Origin: an uncultured Nioella sp.
GTDB taxonomy: Bacteria > Pseudomonadota > Alphaproteobacteria > Rhodobacterales > Rhodobacteraceae
Assembly: GCA_947498125.1 (NCBI GenBank)
Contig: CANMJH010000003.1
Span: 349,808 to 413,807 of the forward strand
Reading direction: 5' to 3'
Length of the DNA: 64,000 bases
Under the pieces are notes generated by a model. It was not told where the DNA came from. It ran no database searches and saw nothing but the letters and a program-made list of their open reading frames with translations. Below are positions 41,181 through 50,088 of this stretch, one piece after another. Position 1 is the first letter of the stretch. The number at the start of each line of letters is the position of its first letter. The position numbers and the translations under genes were made by a program.

Positions 41181-41557
41181 AGGTCGTCTGCTGCGTAGCG
41201 GCTTAGAACGTCGATAGGGACAATCTCAAGCGCACGTTGATGGGTGGATTCAAGCCGCACCTGCGGGGCGCAATCCTCGTCATGGGCTTGCATGAACCGC
41301 GCCGCGCAAAGGCACCATTGATCGCCGGGCTCTAGTCCGGCGAAGCCAAATTCGGGGCGCGGGGTGGACAAGTCATTGCCAAGATATTTCGAGAAGGCCA
41401 AAAACTCGGCGGTCATTAAAGCGCAAACCGTGTGACTTCCGGTATCCTGCGGGCAGGTATTGCAATGCCCGTCGCGGAAAAACCCGGTGACAGGATTGGT
41501 CGAGCAGGGCTGAAGCGCCTCACCCAGCACATTTAGGGATGGGTCTTTTTTAAGCAT
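41177..41557 (-). CDS. DUF2237-family protein
   Basis: conserved Cys-rich pattern typical of DUF2237 (MLKKD..NVLGE.L..C...P.TGFFRDG.C). Confidence 0.65.
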   Translation of the reverse strand: MLKKDPSLNVLGEALQPCSTNPVTGFFRDGHCNTCPQDTGSHTVCALMTAEFLAFSKYLGNDLSTPRPEFGFAGLEPGDQWCLCAARFMQAHDEDCAPQVRLESTHQRALEIVPIDVLSRYAADDL

Positions 41558-41608
41558 AACAGCGGCCTTGTTCCCACAGGATCGCGGCCCAATTGGGGTC
41601 GCCCCTAT

Positions 41609-42307
41609 CTACTTAAACTTGTCGACCAGTTTTTGCAGGGGGCTGCGGGCATCCTCGGCAGGTTTTTCTGAAGCCTGCGGGGATTTGGTGGGATTTTCGG
41701 CAGGTTTTCCTGCCTCTGCCTTGGTTTTCGACGAGCGTGGCGGCGCGGTGCGCAATGCAACTGCGTTCATGAACTTGCTGTTATCATCAGCGGCCAGATG
41801 GGACGCCCCATCGCAGATGCCGCGCATGAGATCATCCAGCCAGTCGCGCTCGGCCTTGGCAAAATCCGATAAAACATAACCTGAAACCCGGTCCTTATGT
41901 CCGGGGTGCCCGATGCCAAGGCGAATTCGTTTATACTCTGCGCCGATATGGGCGTGGATCGAACGCAACCCATTATGGCCCGCATGCCCGCCGCCGGTTT
42001 TGACGCGCAGCTTGCCGGGGGCCAGATCCAGCTCATCATGAAACACAACCACATCGGCAGGGGTCAGTTTGTAGAACCGCATCGCTTCGCCAACGGATTG
42101 ACCCGAGAGGTTCATGAAGGTTTCGGGCTTGAGCAGGACAATTTTTTCCGAGCCGAGGCGGCCCTCAGAGACGCTCCCCTGAAACTTACCGCGCCACGGG
42201 GCGAACCCGTGATCTTCGGCAATCCGATCCAGTGCCATGAACCCGATATTATGCCGGTTCATCGCATATTTTCCGCCGGGATTACCCAATCCAACCCAGA
42301 GTTTCAT
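41609..42307 (-). CDS. pth: peptidyl-tRNA hydrolase with Lys/Pro-rich C-terminal extension
   Basis: Pth motifs ([18 protein letters not shown], catalytic His); start at ATG 42307. Confidence 0.9.
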   Translation of the reverse strand: MKLWVGLGNPGGKYAMNRHNIGFMALDRIAEDHGFAPWRGKFQGSVSEGRLGSEKIVLLKPETFMNLSGQSVGEAMRFYKLTPADVVVFHDELDLAPGKLRVKTGGGHAGHNGLRSIHAHIGAEYKRIRLGIGHPGHKDRVSGYVLSDFAKAERDWLDDLMRGICDGASHLAADDNSKFMNAVALRTAPPRSSKTKAEAGKPAENPTKSPQASEKPAEDARSPLQKLVDKFK

Positions 42308-42584
42308 GTCGGTCCGACCCCAAACTGCCAATCTCTAACCAGCCTGTCCTATAGTCGCGGTGGCCTCAGGGATCAATGGATGCTGCCGGAAGGGCGCAAG
42401 GGCCGCGAGGCGGAAGATCGCGGATCAAGGCCAACATTTTCGCGGTTAAGGGTCTTTAGGATCACAGTTTAGAATGATGAAAAGGGGGATGGATGTTGAA
42501 CCATAGCTTGACTGAGGGTGTTCCCAGAGTGACGTCCGCTTTGCGGACAAAGCGTGCCTTGGGTTTGACCAAACCAAAGACCGC

Positions 42585-42791
42585 TTAGGCGGCTTCTATT
42601 TCCGGGAGTGTCACATCAGCTTCCTTGAGTTGCCGCGCGACAATCTCATTGAATGACAAGTTTGGGTTGGTCTCAGCAAGCATGCCGATTTTAATCCAGA
42701 ACTCCGCCTGCGCATTAATCGACCGGCACATCACCGTGCTGGCCTTACGGATTTCTTCATGCAATCCGTCACCGATCTTTACGATGCCCAT
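42585..42791 (-). CDS. ParD-like (type II antitoxin-like) small protein, orphan
   Basis: 68 aa; resembles the ParD_like family (GIVKI.D.LHEE.R.AS.VM.RSINAQAEFW); no partner toxin ORF adjacent. Confidence 0.5.
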   Translation of the reverse strand: MGIVKIGDGLHEEIRKASTVMCRSINAQAEFWIKIGMLAETNPNLSFNEIVARQLKEADVTLPEIEAA

Positions 42792-42877
42792 TGATGCGTC
42801 TCCTCACTAAAGATATACGAAACATATACGATTCATATAAAGCGGCATTTACCCCGAGTATAGGGACAGAACTCAAG

Positions 42878-43732
42878 ATGGATAGCTATATCAATGTGCC
42901 AGTAGCCCCGCCCGCAAAAGACGCACGCAGGACTGAAAGCATCAAGCTCTACGGGCCAGACGCCTTCGAGGGGATGCGTAGAGCTGGTGCGTTAACCGCC
43001 GCCTGTCTGGACGGCGTGGCTGATCTGATCCGTCACGGCACCCCGCTATCAGACATCAACACTTATGTGCTGGACTTTGCAGCTTCATATGATGCGATAC
43101 CTGCAACCCTTGGATATAAGGGCTACAAATATGCCTGCTGCACATCGGTTAATCACGTTGTTTGTCATGGCTTTCCCAATGAGAAAAAGCTGCGCGAGAG
43201 CGATATCGTCAACGTCGACGTGACGCTGATCCATGAAGGTTGGTACGGCGATTCAAGCCGGATGTACGCGGTCGGCAAGCCCAAGCGGGCGGCAGAGCGG
43301 CTTATCCAGATCACGCATAAGGCTATGATGCGTGGGATCGAAGCCGTGCGTCCTGGCGCGCGGCTTGGAGATATCGGTCATGCCATCCAGTCCTATGCGC
43401 AATCTGAGCGCTGCTCGGTTGTTCGAGACTTCTGTGGCCATGGTATCGGTCAGGTTTTCCATGACTCTCCTAACATTCTGAACTTTGGAAGGGCCGGGGA
43501 AGGTTTGGAGCTGCGAGAGGGTATGATTTTTACCGTTGAACCGATGATCAATCTGGGTCGGGGCGAAGTGAAGATGCTGGCTGACGACTGGACTGCGGTG
43601 ACCCGCGACAAGTCCTTGTCAGCTCAGTTCGAGCATTCAATTGGTGTGACTGCCCGCGGGTTTGAGATTTTCACCAGATCCTCTCAGGGGCTTCATGCGC
43701 ACGGCGTTGAGATCAACGGAGAAACTACATAG
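42878..43732 (+). CDS. map: type I methionine aminopeptidase
   Basis: MetAP metal-binding residues and pita-bread fold sequence (FCGHGIG..HD, TVEPMIN); start may lie upstream at ATG 42791. Confidence 0.85.
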   Translation: MDSYINVPVAPPAKDARRTESIKLYGPDAFEGMRRAGALTAACLDGVADLIRHGTPLSDINTYVLDFAASYDAIPATLGYKGYKYACCTSVNHVVCHGFPNEKKLRESDIVNVDVTLIHEGWYGDSSRMYAVGKPKRAAERLIQITHKAMMRGIEAVRPGARLGDIGHAIQSYAQSERCSVVRDFCGHGIGQVFHDSPNILNFGRAGEGLELREGMIFTVEPMINLGRGEVKMLADDWTAVTRDKSLSAQFEHSIGVTARGFEIFTRSSQGLHAHGVEINGETT

Positions 43733-43794
43733 CAGCCATTCGTTCAGAACGCAGCATCCGGAACTATGGGCTCAGAGCCGAAATTCGTTCCAAT

Positions 43795-43831
43795 AAAAAA
43801 ACCGCGATGGCAGTGCGCCACGCGGGGTTTT
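43795..43831 (-). terminator. Rho-independent terminator (minus strand) downstream of gene 43900..44229
   Basis: minus-strand hairpin ccccgcgtggcgcactgccatcgcgg followed by tttttt. Confidence 0.7.
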
Positions 43832-43835
43832 GAAA

Positions 43836-43890
43836 GTTTTGGCAAAGCCTAAGGCAGGGATTCCTCCTCTGCGGCGACCTCTAGCGTCCT
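43836..43890. repeat. repeat C, copy 1: duplicate of the 3' end/3'-UTR of rplY
   Basis: ttttggcaaagcctaaggcagggattNctcctctgc shared with 44410..44462. Confidence 0.8.
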
Positions 43891-43899
43891 CCCTGCATC

Positions 43900-44229
43900 T
43901 TACCGGTAGGTGAAATTCGTGACCTCGCAAACATTCACATTTTCGTCGTACTCCACCACGCCGGTCATAAATGTTGCGCGAAAATTATAGTTACAGTTGC
44001 CTGTGCCATCATCAAAGTAGATTTCCACGTCACTCAAGTGTTCCACGATTTGGCTAAACACGACCGGGCCCCAATTATCACGGCCAAAAGACGAGTACTC
44101 GAAACCGACCATGGGCAGGCCAGAGTTATTATGGAACTGAACCCACTGGCCTTGCTGTGCTGAAGCGCCTTGAGCCAGCGAAAGGGTAAGACCCAAGCCT
44201 GCCAATGCGATGAAACCTTTGCGTATCAT
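43900..44229 (-). CDS. small secreted hypothetical protein (109 aa)
   Basis: signal peptide (MIRKGFIALAGLGLTLSLAQGASA); GGAAGGA RBS; start at ATG 44229; own terminator. Confidence 0.5.
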   Translation of the reverse strand: MIRKGFIALAGLGLTLSLAQGASAQQGQWVQFHNNSGLPMVGFEYSSFGRDNWGPVVFSQIVEHLSDVEIYFDDGTGNCNYNFRATFMTGVVEYDENVNVCEVTNFTYR

Positions 44230-44361
44230 CCGGTATCCTTCCAAATAGGGTGAGGATCGGACGCTGGCAGGTCGGGCCGGACAAGTCAAAACAATTCGCC
44301 GATTGGAATTGGACGAATAACATGGCCCGCGGCCCATAGACGTCGCACCTGCCGCGATGCC

Positions 44362-44402
44362 TTGCCCCAAGAAAAAACCCCGCGAGGCCGAGGCCTGCGG
44401 GG
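44362..44402 (-). terminator. Rho-independent terminator (minus strand) downstream of rplY
   Basis: minus-strand hairpin ccccgcaggcctcggcctcgcgggg followed by tttttt. Confidence 0.7.
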
Positions 44403-44409
44403 TTTCGAA

Positions 44410-44462
44410 TGTTTTGGCAAAGCCTAAGGCAGGGATTACTCCTCTGCTGCGGCCTCTTCAGT
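44410..44462. repeat. repeat C, copy 2: native 3' end of rplY plus 3'-UTR
   Basis: see 43836..43890. Confidence 0.8.
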
Positions 44463-45086
44463 TTCTGCTGCGCCTTCTTCGGCTGCTTCGTCGTCATCGC
44501 TGCTGCCGCCGCCAAGTGCGGATGGTGCTGCAACGTTGCCGATAACAAAGTCACGGTCGATGGTCGGACGCGCGCCTTCTGGCAGGGTGATCGACGAAAT
44601 GGTGATGGTGTCACCGATGTCGAGGCCTGTCATGTCAACGGTCAGAGTTTCCGGAATGTCGCCCGCGGTTACGCGCAGTTCAACTTCGGAACGGACAACG
44701 GTCAGAACGCCGCCCTTCTTGATGCCGGGGGCCTCTTCTTCGTTGATGAACTCAACGGGAATGAACAGGTTAACGCGGCTCGTGCGCTTCAGACGCATGA
44801 AATCCACGTGGGTCGGCAGATCTTTGACAACGTCACGCTGAACGCCGCGGCAGATCACACGAACGTCTTCTTCGCCTTCAACCTGCAGGTTGAAAAGGGT
44901 CGACAGGAAACGGCCTGCTTTCAGGCGCTTCAAAAGCACGTTGAACGGGATTTGAATCGAGATGGGGTCTGCACCGCCACCATAAACGACTCCGGGCACT
45001 TTGCCTTCACGGCGTGCTTGACGAGCGGCCCCCTTGCCTGTCCCCGTCCGTGCCTCAGCTACGAGATTTGGAACCTCACCAGCCAT
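44436..45086 (-). CDS. rplY: 50S ribosomal protein L25 / general stress protein Ctc
   Basis: L25-like N-terminus ([30 protein letters not shown]) and acidic C-terminal tail; start at ATG 45086 with a GGAGAA RBS. Confidence 0.9.
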   Translation of the reverse strand: MAGEVPNLVAEARTGTGKGAARQARREGKVPGVVYGGGADPISIQIPFNVLLKRLKAGRFLSTLFNLQVEGEEDVRVICRGVQRDVVKDLPTHVDFMRLKRTSRVNLFIPVEFINEEEAPGIKKGGVLTVVRSEVELRVTAGDIPETLTVDMTGLDIGDTITISSITLPEGARPTIDRDFVIGNVAAPSALGGGSSDDDEAAEEGAAETEEAAAEE

Positions 45087-45323
45087 AGCTATTCTCCATA
45101 TAATAAAGGGGCGGCCTCCAAGGGTGTCCGCCCGGTTGAAGCCCGGCCTATAGGATAGATTCGGACGTAATGGAAGGGGGAAAGGCTCGCCATTTGGCGC
45201 GCGGTGACGCTGGCGCGGCAATTGTCGCGCAAGGCTTTGCCGATGTCATCACAAATTCGGGGGAAGTGTAACCAAAGTAACCGGCGGCTTGATTTGAAGA
45301 ATTTGGAAGGGCAGAGGCAGTGA

Positions 45324-46469
45324 ATGTCTTTGGTCCGCGCCATATCCTTGTCCCGCCGGCATCTTCCTGCCTTCGCGGCAGAAGGCGTCTTTTGGGGCGC
45401 GTATGCGGCCTATATCCCGCAGATCAAAGCGCAAATCGGTGCAAGCGATGCTGATTTCGGTCTGGTGATGTTGGTCACGGCGGCCGGGGCAGTGACGGCG
45501 ATGTTGCTGGCGCCCACGATATCCCGCCTGACGGGACGCTACGCGATGGTCTTATCGGCGCTGTTTCTGGCCGCAGCGTTTCAAACGCCAATGTGGATGG
45601 GCGCGATCTGGGTTTTTGCGGGGGCAATGTTCTTTGCCGGGGCGGGTGCGGGATTACTGGATGTCATTATGAATGCCCGGCTCAGCACCGTTGAGGCGCG
45701 CGAGGATACGTCTTTGATGAACCTAAATCACGCGTGTTTTTCCTTTGTTTATGCAGCAACGGCGATATCCGCGGGCATTTTGCGGGATGCGGGCGTTCAT
45801 CCCGGCCAGATGATGGCCGGGCTTGGCCTGCTGGTTGTGATCGCACTGCCTACGATGATGACCGAGCCAAGTGACGCGCCGAATAGTGCGGAATCCTCTC
45901 GGCGAAAGATGCCCTTAGGTCCGTTGGTGATGCTGGGCGGGCTAATCGTGCTGATCGGGTTTATGGCCGAGAACGCGACGGAAAACTGGTCAGCCCTTCA
46001 CATCGAGCGCACCCTTGGCGGCGGCGCAACCGAAGGCGCGCTTGGACCGGCAATGCTGGGCCTGACGATGGGGTTCGGGCGGCTTTTTGGACAGGTCATT
46101 GTTGGGCGGATATCGGAAAGCCTGCTGTTGGTGGTGTCCGCTTTATTGGCCGCATTGGGCGCCGTTTTAGCAGCGCTGTCGACCACACCATTTGAGGCCT
46201 ATGTGGGATTTGCGACATTGGGTCTTGGCGTGGCCATCATCGCCCCGATGATGTTGGCGCTGGCAGGCCGGATGGCGGAAAAAGGCACGCGTGAGCTGAT
46301 CATCAGCCGCGTCACGGCCATCGGATATTTTGGATTTTTCATCGGACCGCCATTAATGGGATTTGTTGCCGAAGGGCTGGGCTTGCGGGCCGCTTTCGGT
46401 GTGATGGGCGGGCTTTTGGCGCTGATCCCGGTGGCGTTGTTAGCTTTGCGGCAAACATCCCGCCGCTAA
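45324..46469 (+). CDS. MFS transporter
   Basis: 12-TM protein with an MFS-like organisation. Confidence 0.75.
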   Translation: MSLVRAISLSRRHLPAFAAEGVFWGAYAAYIPQIKAQIGASDADFGLVMLVTAAGAVTAMLLAPTISRLTGRYAMVLSALFLAAAFQTPMWMGAIWVFAGAMFFAGAGAGLLDVIMNARLSTVEAREDTSLMNLNHACFSFVYAATAISAGILRDAGVHPGQMMAGLGLLVVIALPTMMTEPSDAPNSAESSRRKMPLGPLVMLGGLIVLIGFMAENATENWSALHIERTLGGGATEGALGPAMLGLTMGFGRLFGQVIVGRISESLLLVVSALLAALGAVLAALSTTPFEAYVGFATLGLGVAIIAPMMLALAGRMAEKGTRELIISRVTAIGYFGFFIGPPLMGFVAEGLGLRAAFGVMGGLLALIPVALLALRQTSRR

Positions 46470-46524
46470 AACGAAAACCAGCGCCGAAAATGCGGCGCTG
46501 GTTTCGGCTTGAATTTGGCAGGCG

Positions 46525-46731
46525 CTAGAAGAGGTCAAAACTCTCTTCGAACTGGAAGCTGTCAAAATCCGAGGCATCGCCCCGCTCGGGCACTTCTACA
46601 GTGCCTTTGCCCTCATCGCGGTTTTGCGTGTCGCGGATGATGTTGGTCGAGCTTGCCCAGAAATCGAATTCTTTTTCTGCGCTGTCGTCAAATTTGTCGA
46701 ATTTAAATGCGAGGATACCGTCTTCGGCCAT
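46525..46731 (-). CDS. small acidic hypothetical protein (68 aa)
   Basis: GGAG RBS before ATG 46731; highly acidic; no recognised domain. Confidence 0.4.
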   Translation of the reverse strand: MAEDGILAFKFDKFDDSAEKEFDFWASSTNIIRDTQNRDEGKGTVEVPERGDASDFDSFQFEESFDLF

Positions 46732-46837
46732 GAGAAATCTCCAGATAAAATTGCTTTAATAAAAAATCAGCGGAGCGTGATTGCCCTTCGCTGTTCATAA
46801 GTCGGACGAGTGGCGAACAACGTTCAAAACTTTTGGA

Positions 46838-47722
46838 TTAAACTTGCCAATTGGCGGGAACACGATCGCCGAAACGGGATGTGCAGAACGCATATTGCGG
46901 CGCCAAAAGCTCTTTGGCCGCGCTGAATGCTGCCGCGGGCATGTCGGTGACGATCTTGGTTTCGTTGTGACGTGTCTTGGTATCGGCAGGGCGGTAGTCG
47001 GCGCCGATATGATCGGCTAATGCGCGCAGGCTACTTTCGGTAAAAAGGTCTTCGTAAAAGAGATAGAGAAGATCATCCGGCGCAAAGATCCTATCAAGGT
47101 CGCCGACGACACCCCGGTAATCCGCCCGGGCGCAGATGCTGGGTGACGCGAACCCTTTCGCCCAGTTAATCACCAGATCGCTGTCCGGGTTCGTCTGCGT
47201 CATATGCCGCATCTGTGACCACATCCGATCAATGGGGTCGCGCATAATAAATAGCAGCTTCAGGCGGATATCCTGGGTCGCACAAAAAGATTTGAGATAG
47301 TCGAACCCGGCAGGGCCCAGCACAGAATAGGCGGGAGTGATGTCGCAAAGCACCTTGGTGTCCGTCTCGCAGATCCGGGCGAAATGCGCGAAATAGGCGT
47401 TATCGTCATAGATCATCTGCGCGCGATCGACGCTGGCTTGAAAAGTTTCACGCCCTTGCAGATTGATCGCGGGATCACCTGATTGCTCGATATGGAATTT
47501 GAGCCGTTTCAGGGCAAGCATATCCATATCGCCAAGCGCGTGGCCGGCGAATTTCATATTAAAGAAATGCACTTCTTTCAGGGGGGACGGGGTCACGCCG
47601 TCAAGCGTCGACAAATAGGAGTGAACCCAACTGGTCGCGGATTTCATCGCGCCCACGCAGATAAACAGCGTCTTGCCGTTCAGCGCGTCGAATTTTTGCA
47701 AATTTTGGATCGCTTCGTACAT
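46838..47722 (-). CDS. sulfotransferase-family protein
   Basis: 5'-PSB-like motif (GAMKSATSW) and sulfotransferase-like 3'-PB region. Confidence 0.65.
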   Translation of the reverse strand: MYEAIQNLQKFDALNGKTLFICVGAMKSATSWVHSYLSTLDGVTPSPLKEVHFFNMKFAGHALGDMDMLALKRLKFHIEQSGDPAINLQGRETFQASVDRAQMIYDDNAYFAHFARICETDTKVLCDITPAYSVLGPAGFDYLKSFCATQDIRLKLLFIMRDPIDRMWSQMRHMTQTNPDSDLVINWAKGFASPSICARADYRGVVGDLDRIFAPDDLLYLFYEDLFTESSLRALADHIGADYRPADTKTRHNETKIVTDMPAAAFSAAKELLAPQYAFCTSRFGDRVPANWQV

Positions 47723-47776
47723 CGAGGGGCCTTTCCGGCGTCAGACTGCCATAGCGTTACGTGGCCCTCAACTGTG

Positions 47777-48280
47777 CTATTCGATGACTTCTCCGGGGGC
47801 GACGCCCCATAGTGTCTCGACAGGCACCCAACCGCGATGGCCGCCCACATCCAACCGGCACCACGCGCCATTGCATTCATTCAGAAAAGCCACAACGCCC
47901 AGCTCAGCCTGCGCTGTAACAGGCGAGTCCAAATCGGGGCGCTGATGCAATTCAAGCATATCGACTTCGACGATCGCGGTTCGCACACCGGATAGCAGCG
48001 AGTAATGCATCCAGCCGCCTGCGCCATCCCGGTCAATGACACGGCGCCAATGTTCATGTTCGGCGACAACCTGCACCGGCATATTGCGGCGTTGAAACAC
48101 CCAATCAATCCGATGACTGCGCGAGGGGCCACGTCTTGCATAGGCCTCGGACGCTTTGATCGAGACATAACGCGGCATTGGAAAGCCCGTAACGGGGCCA
48201 ACCTCTTGCGCGAAAGCCGTGCTCGCTTGGATGATCCAGAGCGACACCAGACCCCAAAGGGATATTTTCTTGATCAACAC
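47777..48280 (-). CDS. secreted SH3b-like (DUF1058-type) domain protein
   Basis: signal peptide then SH3-like domains (GWVPVETLWG...); start uncertain (GTG 48280, or upstream ATG 48388). Confidence 0.5.
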   Translation of the reverse strand: MLIKKISLWGLVSLWIIQASTAFAQEVGPVTGFPMPRYVSIKASEAYARRGPSRSHRIDWVFQRRNMPVQVVAEHEHWRRVIDRDGAGGWMHYSLLSGVRTAIVEVDMLELHQRPDLDSPVTAQAELGVVAFLNECNGAWCRLDVGGHRGWVPVETLWGVAPGEVIE

Positions 48281-48424
48281 GCTCAAATCTGCCCAATCCG
48301 CCGCGTTTGCCGACTGTTGAGCCGACGTATTTTTTAGGTTGAGACATTGGCGTCTCTTGCGCCTTTTGTCTGGATGCGAGACTGTCACGCCAAGGGCCGA
48401 AAGGCCAGCAAAGGGATAGGTGAA

Positions 48425-49411
48425 ATGCCAGGTCAGAAGTTGAGTGTTGTCGTTACGCGACGGTTGCCCGAAATTGTCGAAACACGGATGTCAGAGCTAT
48501 TCGATGTAGAATTGCGCGAAGATGACACGCCGATGAGCAAGTCCGAGCTGGTATCTGCCCTTAAGCGTGCGGATGTTTTGGTGCCGACGATCACTGACCG
48601 GATCGATGCGGGGCTGTTAGGGCAAGCGGGCGAAAAGCTGAAATTGATCGCGAATTTTGGGGCTGGCGTCGACAATATTGATGTCCAAACGGCGCGTCAG
48701 CGGGGCATCCTGGTGTCCAACACGCCCGGGGTCGTAACCGAAGATACGGCCGATATGACCATGGCGCTGATTTTGTCAGTCACCCGGCGCATTCCAGAGG
48801 GGCTTGCGCTGCTTCAATCTCAAAAATGGGGAGGCTGGGCGCCAACCGCGATGCTGGGCGGCCGGATTGGCGGAAGGCGATTGGGTATCCTTGGGATGGG
48901 GCGGATCGGTCAGGCTGTGGCCCGCCGGGCCTCGGCCTTTGGAATGCAGATCCACTATCATAACAGGCGGCGGCTGCATGCCGATACCGAAGCAGACCTC
49001 GAGGCGACTTATTGGGAAAGCCTTGATCAGATGCTCGCGCGTATCGACGTTCTTTCCGTGAATTGCCCGCACACGCCATCAAGCTTTCATTTGTTGAACG
49101 CGCGGCGGCTAAAACTCATGAAGCCGTCTGCGGTGATCGTAAATACATCTCGGGGAGAGGTTATCGACGAAAATGCCCTCACGCGGATGTTGCGATCCGG
49201 TGATATTGCGGGGGCGGGTCTTGATGTCTTCGAGCATGGCAAAGACATGAACCCACGGCTGCGCGAGCTTGAGAACGTGGTTCTCTTGCCGCATATGGGC
49301 TCTGCCACTGAAGAAGGCCGGGTCGAGATGGGTGAGAAGGTCATCATTAACATCAAGACCTTTGACGATGGGCACCGCCCGCCGGATCTTGTTGTGCCGA
49401 GCATGCTTTAA
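48425..49411 (+). CDS. D-isomer-specific 2-hydroxyacid dehydrogenase (glyoxylate/hydroxypyruvate reductase-like)
   Basis: NAD-binding GxGxxG (GILGMGRIGQAVA) and catalytic R...E...H pattern. Confidence 0.85.
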   Translation: MPGQKLSVVVTRRLPEIVETRMSELFDVELREDDTPMSKSELVSALKRADVLVPTITDRIDAGLLGQAGEKLKLIANFGAGVDNIDVQTARQRGILVSNTPGVVTEDTADMTMALILSVTRRIPEGLALLQSQKWGGWAPTAMLGGRIGGRRLGILGMGRIGQAVARRASAFGMQIHYHNRRRLHADTEADLEATYWESLDQMLARIDVLSVNCPHTPSSFHLLNARRLKLMKPSAVIVNTSRGEVIDENALTRMLRSGDIAGAGLDVFEHGKDMNPRLRELENVVLLPHMGSATEEGRVEMGEKVIINIKTFDDGHRPPDLVVPSML

Positions 49412-49455
49412 GGGGCATTCAAAGGCGACACGCGCTTCCAAACATCAGGCCACAT

Positions 49456-49971
49456 ATGACCCGCTTATTCTCGTTTTGTCTGCTTTTGATCGGCGCCTGT
49501 TTTCTGGCTGGCGCCTATGGTGCACTGCACAATCAAATCAGCTTTACCGTTGGACCGGACTATTTCTACCACCTGAAATTCCAGCAATTTAACATTCCCG
49601 ACGGCACGGCCCCCCGCATTGGTGCGGCTTTGGTTGGTTGGGAAGCAAGCTGGTGGATGGGTATTGTTCTAGGCATGCCCATCGGATTTTTAGTGCAATT
49701 CATGCCGGACCTTCGGGCGCAGCGGAACGTGTTTTTTCTGGCCTGCCTGATGTGCGTGACTTCAGCCCTTGCGATGGGCGTTGGATCTTTGCTGATCGAA
49801 TGGCCCCCCGAAAATTTTGAGTTCATGATCATTCCGGAAGCGGCGGAAAATCCAGAAGGATACCTGCGCGCCGCAATCATGCATTCCTTTAGCTATTTGG
49901 GCGGTCTCATTGGCGGCGCGGTCGCGCTCTTGACCACCAGTTTCCTGCTTTGGCGGGCGCGGCGCGGGTGA
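49456..49971 (+). CDS. hypothetical membrane protein
   Basis: signal/TM helices; no recognised domain. Confidence 0.45.
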   Translation: MTRLFSFCLLLIGACFLAGAYGALHNQISFTVGPDYFYHLKFQQFNIPDGTAPRIGAALVGWEASWWMGIVLGMPIGFLVQFMPDLRAQRNVFFLACLMCVTSALAMGVGSLLIEWPPENFEFMIIPEAAENPEGYLRAAIMHSFSYLGGLIGGAVALLTTSFLLWRARRG

Positions 49972-50088
49972 TCTAACAAAATACGACATCAAGGTCGGTT
50001 TCTGATTGCGAATAGTCGGCCAGAAATCGCTGGCGATGCCGCAATCACGCGACAGTCAGGGTAAGCCTGTACTCGGAGTCTGTCCCCC

